Source: Octopus vulgaris (lineage: Eukaryota). From it: a stretch of 64,000 bases of DNA. Under the pieces are notes generated by a model. It was not told where the DNA came from. It was given only the letters and a program-made list of their open reading frames with translations, and searched no databases. Within the stretch, counting starts at the first letter, position 1. Every line of letters begins with the position of its first letter. Location: positions 22,258,001-22,322,000 of the forward strand of contig OX597826.1 of NCBI GenBank assembly GCA_951406725.2, in the 5' to 3' direction. The position numbers were made by a program, and so were the translations under genes. Below, one piece after another: positions 1 to 10,937 of this stretch.

Positions 1-892
1 GGTTATCTTGATATGCAGATTTCCATGCTTTTTCCTTGTGAAGCCATGAACTTTTGGAGAAAAATTTGACACACAAAATTTTTTTGCTTTTATTCATTAC
101 TTCTTTTCCTTTTAGTTGTCTGTCACTATTCATCTGTTTTTTGTTTTTTTGAAGGGGGCTTCACTTTAGTGACACCAGTTATACATGGTTCCAGAAATTT
201 GCTTGATGTCGCTAAAGTGGAAAAAGTGTTTTAAGTTTTTGAAAATTTGAAATGAAAAGACATGTTTTTTTTAAAACTGACTGTCACAGAGATAAGAAAA
301 TATAGCCGTTACTTGTTAATTTCAAATTAAACTTACCAAAGTTGAGGGTCTTCTAGTGCCCCTCTAGCACCTCCAAGTCTTTGCTCCAAAATGCCCCCAC
401 CAAGCTTCAAATGGTCCCTGTTGAGAACCTTTGCTCTAAAATATTCTAGGGTTTCAATTATGTTAAACAATCACTCAAATAATCTGCAAGTATCAAAAAC
501 TGAAAAACTTTCTAAAATTATTCCATTTCTATTACAATGGATGCAGATATTATCTGAAGTTTATGTTTCATCTATATGGTTATATATACAATCTCACTAC
601 AAGTCCTTTGGGCTAGAATCTTATATCATAACCAAGGTCAACCAATAGACTATATCAATAATTTGGTAAATAGAAGTTGTGTTGAAGCATGTTGCAAGAA
701 CTGTTCCTTTCATTGAGTGGCCACCATCTGGACTCCTGACTATCTTTGGTGGAGTCCACTTTGTTGTAACCATTTGGGCCCAGTCATTTGTTAGAGGATC
801 TGGGATAACTTCCTTCATCTAGGAAGACCTGTAAACATTATGGGCCTCTGACAAAAAAAAAGAAAAAAAGGGAGCAGTGAAATAACATTTAC

Positions 893-1044
893 CTGCAGTG
901 TACCACAAGTGGTCCAGTTTCTGCCTCAGAATCATTACGAATTTTCATCATGAAATTAACTAAACCTGTTGGAGTTGGAGGAACTCCATGATCTGACCAG
1001 GAGGTAAAGTGAAACTGATCCAGTTTTCTCACTGGTTCTTCACC
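893..1044 (-). CDS. RPTP exon, WPD-loop region and start of HCS signature (152 nt, phase 0-2)
   Basis: ttttag acceptor, gtaaat donor; GEEPVRKLDQFHFTSWSDHGVPPTPTGLVNFMMKIRNDSEAETGPLVVHCS. The next exon (AGVGR) is not in the window. Confidence 0.96.
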
Positions 1045-1116
1045 CTAAAATAGAAGATGAGAGAATATGAAACGACAGTGCTCAGGTGAAACAATGTTCT
1101 GTATATTGTTGTGGGA

Positions 1117-1434
1117 TTGCAATGTTATTATCAGTCCAAATATGCTTGATGCATGTTCAAATTGGGCAACAAGTGACTCACTGCATTTTGTCATGGAGAA
1201 TATATCTGGCTAGTTGACAAATGGTGTGTATATACTTAGACCAGCTTGCAGCACTATCCGTCTAGGCTGTGAGATGCTAGCATCTTTAGGTAGATGGCAC
1301 TGTGAGTTGATCTAGGTGTATACACACCATTTGTCAACAAGAGAGAGATATTCTCCGTGACAAAACGCAGTGAACAGCTTGTTCCCCAGTTTGAATGTGC
1401 ACCAAGCATACTCGGACTGATAATAACATTGCAA
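1117..1434. mobile_element. Foldback/MITE-like element, ~318-bp imperfect palindrome
   Basis: Left arm ttgcaatgttattatcagtcc...ttgacaaatggtgtgtata aligns over ~145 nt with the reverse complement of the right arm ending ...ggactgataataacattgcaa. Confidence 0.8.
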
Positions 1435-1499
1435 ATTCACTTATTACTGCTTAGTGCTTCCCCTCCGCTCCATAATTGTTGATCACATTATTTGTTAAT

Positions 1500-2878
1500 G
1501 CCTCGTTATCCCTCATCCCAGGGTCTCACAGGCCCACACCTCCCACACCCTCAGAGTTGGCACATTGAAAGGTAGGTCTGGTGAGATTGTTGAGCTGCTT
1601 GAACGGAGACGTGTAGATTTGTGCTGCATCCAAGAAGTAAGGTGGAGAGGAAGTTCCACTAGATTCCTCTATAAGATGCACCAAGTGTAAGCTATGGACA
1701 CATAAGAGGTGCAGCAATGTCAAAGGAAGGCTAACTAGGAAGATAGTTTTTGTATGTGGCAGATGCTCAGGAGCAATAAATACTGAAAATGCACAGAGAC
1801 CAACTTTCGCCACATTCCAGGGAGAAAAACTAGAAGTAGTTGATAGCTTCCATTACCTAGGTGACCAAGTCAGTAGCAGGGGCAGGTGGGCTGAAAGTGT
1901 AACGGCTAGAATGAGAATAGCCAGGGCAAAGTTCAGGGAGCTCTTACCTCTGCTGGTGACAAAAGGCCTCTCGCTCAGAGTAAAAGGCAGACTGTATGAC
2001 ATGTGTACGAACAGCCATGCTACATGGCAGTGAAACATGGGCCGTGACTGCTGAGGATATGCATAAGTTCGCAAGAAATGAAGCCAGTATGCTCTGATGG
2101 ATGTGTAATGTCAGTGTTCATATTCGACAGAGTGTAAGTACCTTGAGAGAAAAGTTGAACCTAAGAAGCATCAGCTGTGGTGTGCAAGAGAGACGTTTGC
2201 GCTGGTATGGTCATGTGGTGAGAATGGATGAAGATAGTTGTGTGAAAAAGTGCCACACCCTAGCGGTTGAGGGGAACCTGTGGAAGAGGTAGACCCAGGA
2301 AAACCTGGGACGAGGTGGTGAAGCACGACCTTCAAACATTAGGTCTCACCGAAGCAATGACTAGTGGCCGAGACCTTTGGAAGTATGCTGTGCGTGAGAA
2401 TACCCAGCAGGACAAGTGAGACCATAACCCATGGCCTCTACCTGGGATGTAGCCGGTCCACTTATGCATACCTTTGCTTCTTGGGACACAAAACTCTACT
2501 TGCGAAGACCTGTTGAGGCAAGTGAAATCGAAATCGAAATCGATCAAAATCAATGGAAATTGTAGCTGTGATACCAGTGCCGGTGGCACGTAAGAAAACC
2601 ACCAGAATGTGGCCGTTGCCAGCGCTGCCCCGACTGGCCTCCGTGCCGGTGGCATGTAAAAAGCACCATCCGATCGTGGCCGTTGCCAGCCTTGTCTGGC
2701 ACGTAAAAGCCACTCATTACACTCACGGAGTGGTTGGCGTTAGGAAGGACATCCTGCTGTAGAAACACTGCCAGATCAGACTGAGCCTGGTGCAGCCTTC
2801 TGGCTTCCCAGACCCCAGTTGAACCGTCCAACCCATGCTAGCATGGAAAGCAGACGTTAAACGATGATGATGATGATG
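1500..2878 (+). mobile_element. RTE-clade LINE, internally deleted and decayed, with PHD-type finger fragment and tandem-repeat 3' UTR
   Basis: Endonuclease N-terminus (VGTLKGRSGEIVELLERRRVDLCCIQEVRWRG) is fused at ~1669 to CTKC..H..C..CGRC, then LEVVDSFHYLG, KGRLYD, RLRWYGHVVRM and RGRPRKTW; ends in a (GAT)n tail. Confidence 0.9.
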
Positions 2879-3399
2879 TAAAGATGACAATTAAAAATAT
2901 ACATTATCATTATAAGTGATTTAAAAACTGTTTTACTCTTTAATCTTGCTGGGGGCAAGACAACCTGTTTAGTCTGTTACAATGATGAAATACATTCCTA
3001 AAGTTGTTGGCAAATGAACATGGAAGACTGCAGGATAGTGATGGTTTTAGTGTTGCTAATGGCAGAGTCTCCATAATAAAATATACCCAATGCACTCTGT
3101 AAAGTGGTTGGTGTTAGGAAGAGTATCCAGTCACATTATACTTTATTGACTACTACAAAGATGAATAGTGAAGTTGACCTTGGTGGTGCAGAAATTCAAA
3201 ATGTAAATGGCTATAACTAAATATCACACATTTTGTTGAATGCTCCACCACCTATCTGCCACTCCACACCCATTGTAAAATCCCATTGCTCTGACAGCCT
3301 TGTTCTAATATCTTCAGATTAGACATTGCAACTGCCGTAGAAGTGAATTCTAATCACATTTGTAATTCAAAAGATTACAGAAGAAAATATATTTGGTAC

Positions 3400-3519
3400 C
3401 TTTTGCAAAAAGAATGATCTGATGGTAAAATCACTGAAGTTTTGCTCTCGTATACATCGAATCTTTAAATCTCCAGAAATTTTGACTTCTTTATCTGGCC
3501 AATACTTTTCACATTTTGT
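3400..3519 (-). CDS. RPTP exon, PTP motif 7 (120 nt, phase 0-0)
   Basis: tttcag acceptor, gtacca donor; TKCEKYWPDKEVKISGDLKIRCIREQNFSDFTIRSFFLQK. Confidence 0.93.
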
Positions 3520-3665
3520 CTGAAAATTTAAAAGTAAGTATAATCAAAGATGATTTATTCACAATGAAGTTTGAATATGGAATGAAAAGCTTTGCATATA
3601 TGCTAGATGAATGATCAGCATATATGTTACATGTATATACACAGAATTTGGGATATATATATATA

Positions 3666-4066
3666 TATGTATTTTGATCTAGTTTGGATTCTTTGCCATC
3701 AAATTTGAATTCTTTGCAATCAAATTTGAATTTTTCAATTGGTGCCCAAGCCTTGAAGAAAAAAAAAGAGTTAAACTACATCAGCCGTAAGGGAATACAT
3801 GTCTATCTTATCTAACTCGTCCAGTAGAGCCCACCAATTGATATCTGGAAAGTTCGATGAAATAACTCATGAACACTGCCATAGCTTCTACCAAAAGATG
3901 CTTCAACATATTTACGTCGTCGACTGGTCTGAACAATAAACAAATGATTCTTTTTTCTATTATCTCCCCTTGTTCAGACTGGTCGTCGTAACAGAACGAA
4001 TTGAGCACCAACTGAAAAATTCAAATTTGAATGCAAAGAATTCAAATTAGATCGAAAACATCTATA
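3666..4066. mobile_element. MITE with long TIRs (same family as 21930-22244)
   Basis: Terminal inverted repeats (gatctagtttggattctttgc...aaatttgaatttttcaattggtgc / gcaccaactgaaaaattcaaatttgaatgcaaagaattcaaattagatc); the internal sequence matches the 21.9-kb copy in reverse orientation. Confidence 0.8.
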
Positions 4067-4169
4067 TTACATATAAATTTGAATCTAAATTGAATTGATT
4101 AAATGAAAGTTTAGTAAAATAATTGCTTCTGAAACTAGAAGTGTGCAAGACCTACATAAAAGTAATATC

Positions 4170-4984
4170 TACAAGGTCTGATTTAAAAGTATCAAGACTG
4201 TTGCTATGGTGACTATTGCTAAAGTATACAGAATGAAGCTGCTTCACACAGATTGACCTTGAGCTCTGCCATCCATGCACATTAAGTTATAACTCACTTC
4301 CGTTGTTTATAACAGTGCTTAGAAGTAAAATGTGTAGAGTGTGGTTATCTAATTGAGAAAATTGAGCAGAGAATTCGTATCAAATTTTGCCAAAAGCTTG
4401 GTGATGATTCCTGCACAGGGACCCATGTAAATTTGCAGAAAGTGTATGGAAAGGACTGTATGAACCGAGCACAAGTGTGCCAGTGGTTCAAATGTTTCCA
4501 AGATAGCTGACACATGTTCTGGAAAGACTGTTGAATCACCATGCATGAGTTGTTTGAGGCTGTGTACATTAGTTCAATCCTTTCCCATTGAAAATTTGGG
4601 TATGAGACATATGTCTGCCAAGTCAACTGCATTCAGTTGCAGTAGCTTTTGGTTAAACACAACATTCCCTAGATCTGACAATCACTATATTCCCCAGATC
4701 TTGCTCCCCTTTCCCTGTAACTTCATTCACTTTCCAAAAACAAAATCTCACTTGAAAGGAATAAAATTTCAGGACTTCAAGGAAACCAAGAGAACGCAAT
4801 GAAGCAGCTATTTGCTATCCCTCAAAAAGGAGTTCCGGGAATTCTTCTATCAATGGAAACCATGCTGGATAACATGTGTGGCTTCAGAAAAAGATCACTT
4901 AGATGGAGATTAAACACTGAATTGATCTGTATTGTAGTTTTCTTTTTATAGCACCAATTCTGATTCTTTTGATCAGACCTTGTA
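4170..4984 (+). mobile_element. Mariner (Tc1/mariner) relic with internally deleted transposase
   Basis: TA|caaggtctgat...aaaag TIR and ...cttttgatcagaccttg|TA; translated fragments EQRIRIKFCQKLG...QVCQWFKCF (HTH) and YSPDLAP. Confidence 0.88.
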
Positions 4985-5274
4985 CACCTAAGTGAGAATC
5001 CCATCCAGGAGAGAACTGATCCAATTGAGAATTACAGGTCCTTCTACATGATAGTTCAATTGATTTCTAAGACAGGTACAAGTTCTCAAGTTGGGGGAAG
5101 GACGTAGTCAATCCAATTGATATGGACCCCAGTACTTGATTGGTTATGTATTAACTCTGGTGGAATTTGAACACAGAACATACAGAAATGTTACTAAATA
5201 CCACAAAACATACATTTAACACTCAACCAAATCTGCCAATCTACCAAGTCTTGCCAATATTAATGAAGAGAAAA

Positions 5275-5462
5275 AGTGGTGAGCTGGCAGAATTGGTAGC
5301 ACGCTGGGCAAAATGCTTAGTGGCATTTCATCTGTCTTTACGTTCTGAGTTCAAATTCTACTGAGATTGGTTTTGTCTTTCATCCTTTAGGGGTTGAACA
5401 TTGGGGTCAATCTATTCAACTTACCCACCCCCACTGAAATTGGTGCCCAAATTTGAAATTAA
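5275..5462 (+). mobile_element. tRNA-derived SINE (family A)
   Basis: A-box-like tggcagaattgg and B-box-like gagttcaaattc; homologous to the minus-strand copies at 22255-23145 and 63850-64000. Confidence 0.75.
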
Positions 5463-5848
5463 TATAAGTGAAGAGAGAGAGAGAGAGAACAAGAAATAAA
5501 TGACAAAGAAAAAAACAAAGCTCACAAAGCATCATTGCATATCTTGTTGTATGGTAAATCTATTGACTTCCTCCGAACAGCTTTGCACAGAAATAGTTAC
5601 TGAAGAGTTTAAATAAACTGGAGAATTGATGTAAATAAAATAATTTCCTTCTGGTTCCTAATTTCAACTTTGCTTTTTGGTTAACCCTTTCATTACCAAC
5701 AAGCATCAGACAGTTTGATGCCATCTCCCAGTTTCAACAGTTAAACATTGTGAACATGATAAAACATGACAAACAAAGAATGATCAAAATGTAATTATTT
5801 TATGAAACTTTACGCAAAGATAAGATTCTGACTTTCTGGTCTATTAAA

Positions 5849-6250
5849 CACAGGCCAGTCGGGGCGGCGCTGACAATGGCCACGTTCGTAAGAGAACATC
5901 CGAACGTGGCCATTGTCAGCGCCGCCCCGACTGGCCTGTGCCGGTGGCATGTAAAAAGCACCATCCGATCGTGGCTGTTGCCAGCCTCGCCTGGCCCCCG
6001 TGCCGGTGGCACGTAAAAAGCACCATCCGATCGTGGCCATTTGCCAGCCTTGTCTAGCACCTGTGCCGGTGGCACGTAAAAACCACCCACTACACTCACA
6101 GAGTGGTTGGTGTTAGGAAGGGCATCCAGCCGTAGAAACATTGCCAGATCAGACTGGGCCTGGTGCAGCCTTCTGGCTTCCCAGACCCCAGTTGAACCGT
6201 CCAACCCATGCTAGCATGGAAAGCAGACGCTAAACGATGATGATGATGAT
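5849..6250 (+). mobile_element. 5'-truncated RTE 3' UTR insertion with 5' inversion
   Basis: Near-identical to the 3' UTR at ~2575-2878 (gtgccggtggcacgtaaaaagcacc units; ...ccatgctagcatggaaagcagacgctaaacgatgatg); begins with a perfect 40-bp inverted repeat. Confidence 0.88.
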
Positions 6251-6873
6251 AAAGTGAGTATTTATAACTTCTTGATGATCAGAGATCATGCCGACTCAAA
6301 GGCGTTAAATTGGCAGAATTGTCAGAGTGGTGGACAAAATGTCTTGCAGTATTTAACTGAGATTCTTTAAAGCTTGAATTCAAATTACATTCTGAGTGAA
6401 AAACTTTGCCTTTAATTCATTTGGTATTGACAGTTTATTGTATCTCAGTTAAATACTGAAGTTGATTTAATATTCCTATAAAACACACTAAATGTGAATT
6501 AAATTATAATACAAGAAAAAGACAAACAGTTTAGATATAAACATTGTCAATAAGCACTAATGAATTTGCATATTTAGTGAAGGCCTAAATAACTAATACA
6601 TAGAATTTCTGTGATGAGAGCAAGTCTTCAAATTAAATATCTTAGAAATCAGTACTCTACTAATGCTTCTTTTAGCAACCAAACTCAAAAGCAAAGCTAG
6701 TTGGGGTTCAAATTCAGAATGTAAATGGATGTAAATACTACAAGGTATTTTGTCCTCCATTTTGCAGATTCTAGCAATCCTGCAAAATCAAAACCTCAAT
6801 AACAAAAACCCATTTTCATCTAAATTCACCCCAAAACATTTCAGTGAATACAAAATTGCTATCATTTACTTAC

Positions 6874-7008
6874 TTTGCCTGTTTCAATCAAATTGGTTAA
6901 CATGACTAACTTGGTGCAATTTACTTGCCACAACATTTGCCAAAAGTCCGTAATGATCGCTGAAGTGGGTCCTTGAGAAGCAATATATTTCTTTGGTTTA
7001 TTAAAACC
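6874..7008 (-). CDS. RPTP exon, PTP motifs 4-6 (135 nt, phase 0-0)
   Basis: ttatag acceptor, gtaagt donor; GFNKPKKYIASQGPTSAIITDFWQMLWQVNCTKLVMLTNLIETGK. Confidence 0.96.
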
Positions 7009-7302
7009 CTATAAAGAATGAAAACATAACATTAAATACTGCAATTAACCTTTTGGCAAATATTGGCCATACTTATATAATTTCAATTAAACACAACTCT
7101 AACAGTATACAGGGAGAGGTACACATTGTAAAGAATAGTTAAGTAAATAAAAAATCTGGCAAGGGCATAACTCAAAAGTAAATAAATCATAAATATTGGG
7201 ATAATGGATCAAAGTTCTAATAAAAATTGGTAAAAAACAGGAGGGAGGTTATACAATTAAATATTCTATACAGTTATTATTACTTAACTGCTGCCATTAG
7301 GT

Positions 7303-9505
7303 AATAATAATAATAATAATAATTTATTCTTTTTATTGGCCACAAGGGCTGACACACATGATTAGAAAACATAAAGGGACAAAACAGGATGAAAGGTTAC
7401 AAAGGGTTTTGTCCGTTTATGAAAAAATTCGAGTAAAAACTGTTTAACAACGAAAGATTGTAACAATGAAAAAAACTCCCAATAGGGGGAGGCGCTTCGA
7501 AAGGTTCCTGGTGGAAAAAACACCATAAAAGCCAAAGGGAGCCTGGTCAAAAGGGGGGTAGAGAGCCCCTTTCTCCTTTTATAATACCCTTTTCAATCAC
7601 AGGCGAAACCTGAGAACTGGTCCATTTATACTGGCCATTCTCGCACAATTCACCCACCTTTCAGAAAACTTGCTATCGGACAGCACTCTCCTCTCTAACC
7701 TCATCTTCCTTTTCAAGTGAAACTTGAAAAAGTTGATGAGGCCTTGACCAAAGAGGAAAGTGTCTGACTTTAGCCCTTTCAAACGGGTCCACCATACAAC
7801 CTCTTTCGCCACAGCCACTAGGCACAAGAAAATGGCCTCGCCCTCCTCGTTAAAGGAGGTCGGAGGGGGCAATCTTCACTATGGATTCGGCTGATAGCCG
7901 GATCCGTCCTACACGTGACAGTAGCTGTTCAACATAAACCCATAGTTCAGCAATACTCGGGCACTGGACGAGTGCGTGCAGAACGGTTTCGTCGTCCTGG
8001 CAACACCTTGGGCAGGCCCGGCTGACGGCACTTCCGTGCCGGTAGAGTTTATCCCGAACAGGCAGAGCCCCTCGGTAGCACTGCCAGGCGAGCGACTTCT
8101 GGAAATTATCCATTGGCTCCGGCCCGAAAGTCCTTCCGAACAGACCGCTCAGTTCGTTATCGTCAACACCTAGAGTTTCCCCGAGAATGTCGTCGCATTT
8201 TTCCTCCACTAACCCTCTATAGAACGCTAGAGTGGAGCTGAAACCGATCGCATTGCCCGCCTGGCGGAGGGCGGAGAGAGCTTGACGGCACTCGAGGTGT
8301 CAAGCGCCCTTTCTCGGTCTACGTTTGATCCAGGTCTGCAGCTCTGTCAAAGAGATGAGCTGCGGAAAGTCGCGTCTGACAAAAGACGACCACACCTGTA
8401 CACCGTCTAGGAAACGCTTGAGATGTCGCAGCCTGAGCGCATGTCTGCGCATCAGTAACCACGGCATTCCAAGGCCTCCGTTCAGTGGTCGTTGACAGCA
8501 GATGGATCGCCTGACCAGTGGCACCTGACCCTTCCAAAAAAAGTCGAAGAGCAAGCGTACCAGCTTGGCCAACCAGCGGTTGAGACAAGGGACGACAGTC
8601 AAGCGGTAATAGATGACGGATGCGATGTACGCATTCGCCACCTCCGCTCGACCTTTCAGGGACAGCTTCCTCTCGGCCCATTTCTGGGTGAGACGTGCCA
8701 CCCTGCTTGTCACCTCTTCCCAGTTTTTATCCACCTGGAGGTCCGGACCGAACTAAACCCTGAGCAGTTTAACGGGTCCATCTGTCCAGCGCCCTACGAC
8801 GCTGTTGGACGGCATGGGCTTGCCTCTCCAGGTGCCCAGTTGCAAGCCCACAAACTTTTCTGCGTTAATCTTTGCCCCTGTCACCACTTCGTACTCGTTT
8901 AGTGTCTCACCAATCAGGCCAATGTGCCTGTTGCTCGACACCATCACGGTGATGTCGTCAGCATAGGCAGACACGCTGTTTCCGCTTCCTAGATCGCGCG
9001 GGATACCCCTCAAAGCCTCCAACTTGCGCAGCAATGGCTCGAGAGTCAATATGTACAAGAGGAATGAGAGAGGGCATCCTTGGCGGACCGAACGCGAGAT
9101 GTCGAACGGTTCCGAAAGGTGACCGTTCACCCGTATCACCGAGCAGATGTTGCTGTATAAAGCAGCGATCCACCCGCGGAAGACTGGACCGAAGCCAGCT
9201 GCCTTGAGAACACCTGTCAGGTACCGATGGTCGACCCTATCAAAGGCTTTACTCTGATCTAAGTTGATCAAAGCCCCACCCGCGCCAGCGTCGTTACCCA
9301 CCCTATCTATGATGTAGCGCATGAGATGGAGGTTGTCGTGTATCGACCTGGTCGGCACAGCGCGTGTCTGCGTCTTGCCGACCAGCTTGTCCATGACAAG
9401 CGCCAATCTCTTGGCTAGCATCTTGGCCAAAATTTTCAACTCTGCATTGAGCAGAGTGATGGGCCGAAAATTCCCTATAATGTCCCCCTTGTTTGGGTCC
9501 TTTTT
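7303..9505 (-). mobile_element. Tx1/L1-clade LINE, ORF2 3' part (RT plus CCHC zinc knuckle), frameshifted
   Basis: ORFs 8753..9439, 8300..8734, 7850..8209 and 7597..7872: FRPITLLN, LDQSKAFDRV, SVRQGCPLS, YADD, GGLG, CPRC..ETVLHALVQC; the 3' end abuts (TAA)n. Confidence 0.92.
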
Positions 9506-9746
9506 TAGCCATCCTCTTCATAGCCATTTTGAAAATTTGTGAGTGAAATGTATACAAAAGTCAAATATTAAACAGTGATTTTACCCCCAATGGGGTAAAA
9601 TTTTGCCTAGCCAACTAGCTCCGCAAGAAGTTAGTTGGCTTGGCCACACAAATATCGAAAAATATAAAAACTTTACACAGGATTTCTAACAAAATTTGCA
9701 GAAAACTTACGGAGCAGCTTCGCACATGTCCGTTGTCTCGGAAAGA

Positions 9747-9747
<1 letters not shown>

Positions 9748-9803
<56 letters not shown>
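9748..9803. repeat. (TAA)n microsatellite
   Basis: Read directly from the sequence. Confidence 0.95.
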
Positions 9804-9804
<1 letters not shown>

Positions 9805-10029
9805 TGAATTTTCTTTTCTTTTCTCCCATTTTTCTTTTTCCATTTTATATATTTTTCCTTTTCATCCTATCACATAATTTGACTGTATATGAACAAACTG
9901 GTGTATTTATTTTAATGGCCTGCCTATGTATACAGTGAGTTTCTTTGTCCTAGGTGTTGGGAAGACACTCAGAAAGAAATGGAAACAAAATAAAAATAAA
10001 AATAATAATGATGATGATGATGATGATAA

Positions 10030-10300
10030 TAATACCCAGTTTGAACAGCATGAGGGATGTGCAGCAACTGTAGTTGTAAAGAAGGTGAAATCAATAGCAA
10101 AACAAAATGTGTTTGAACAATTGGCTGATATGTAGGAACAAAAACCTCTACATGGCAAATATGTGGCCCGTAACATACAAGCTGATGTAGACCAGAAGCA
10201 CACCCATCAGTGGCTACAGAGCTCGGGACTAAAGATAGAGTGAAGGCTTTATCTTAGCTGCCCAAGATCGGAGCTTATTGACCCGGAGCTATCAGGCTAA
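10030..10300 (+). mobile_element. R4/Dong-like (RLE) non-LTR retrotransposon fragment
   Basis: KPLHGKY...VDQKHTHQWLQSSGLK..EGFILAAQDRSLLTRSY, the post-RT motif of R4/Dong elements; flanked by TAA/TGA repeats. Confidence 0.72.
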
Positions 10301-10309
10301 ATAATAATA

Positions 10310-10855
10310 TGCCCTGATGCAGTAGCAGGTACTGGTTTTCATGGCTTCTGATCTTAACTGATTGGAAGTGTTACCATGCGCATGGTTTGATATAAAAAAG
10401 ATGGGCTACAGTAAATATTCTGCTCAATACCACTTGTCAGTTGTTGGACCATAACCAACTGAGCATGTCCCTTGGTGGCTGATGATATGTGCAGCTCTGA
10501 TCATAAGCAGAAGTAGTGGGGGAGCATCATAGCCATGTGTTGAGAGGGATTCTTTGGGGCTTGAATAATTCACCTCTGGAAACACAGGTGTTTCATCCAA
10601 CATCCTTAAATAACCCTTATTCAGGGACCCTTTGAACAGGTTGGGTTACTTGATCTGAAGAAAATTCTAAATGGGCCCCCACCTGCAAGGTCATGCACTG
10701 TTTTATCTTGATATGAGATCACCATGTTGTGATGCATGTACCTGGTGTACCCTTATCAGACGGATGGTCATGATATACCAAACTTGGAATATCAAACTTT
10801 GTATATTTGTGCCCCAGTGTCACTTTGATGGTATGTGTTGCACTCTCACTCTAAA
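10310..10855. repeat. Unclassified ~545-bp interspersed repeat between TAA-rich tracts
   Basis: GC-richer block bounded by taataat tracts on both sides, with no coding similarity recognised. Repeat status is inferred from context and recalled similarity. Confidence 0.4.
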
Positions 10856-10937
10856 ATAATATAAAAAGAATAATAATAATAGTAATAATGATAATAATAA
10901 TAATAATAATAACAATAATAATAGTAGTACTAATAAT

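Noticed and set aside
2550-2720. CRISPR-like appearance of palindromic repeats with variable linkers (also 5937-6086 and 62230-62445)
   Set aside because: The linkers are homologous to each other, there are only ~3 units, no cas genes are present, and the arrays are part of a eukaryotic LINE 3' UTR.
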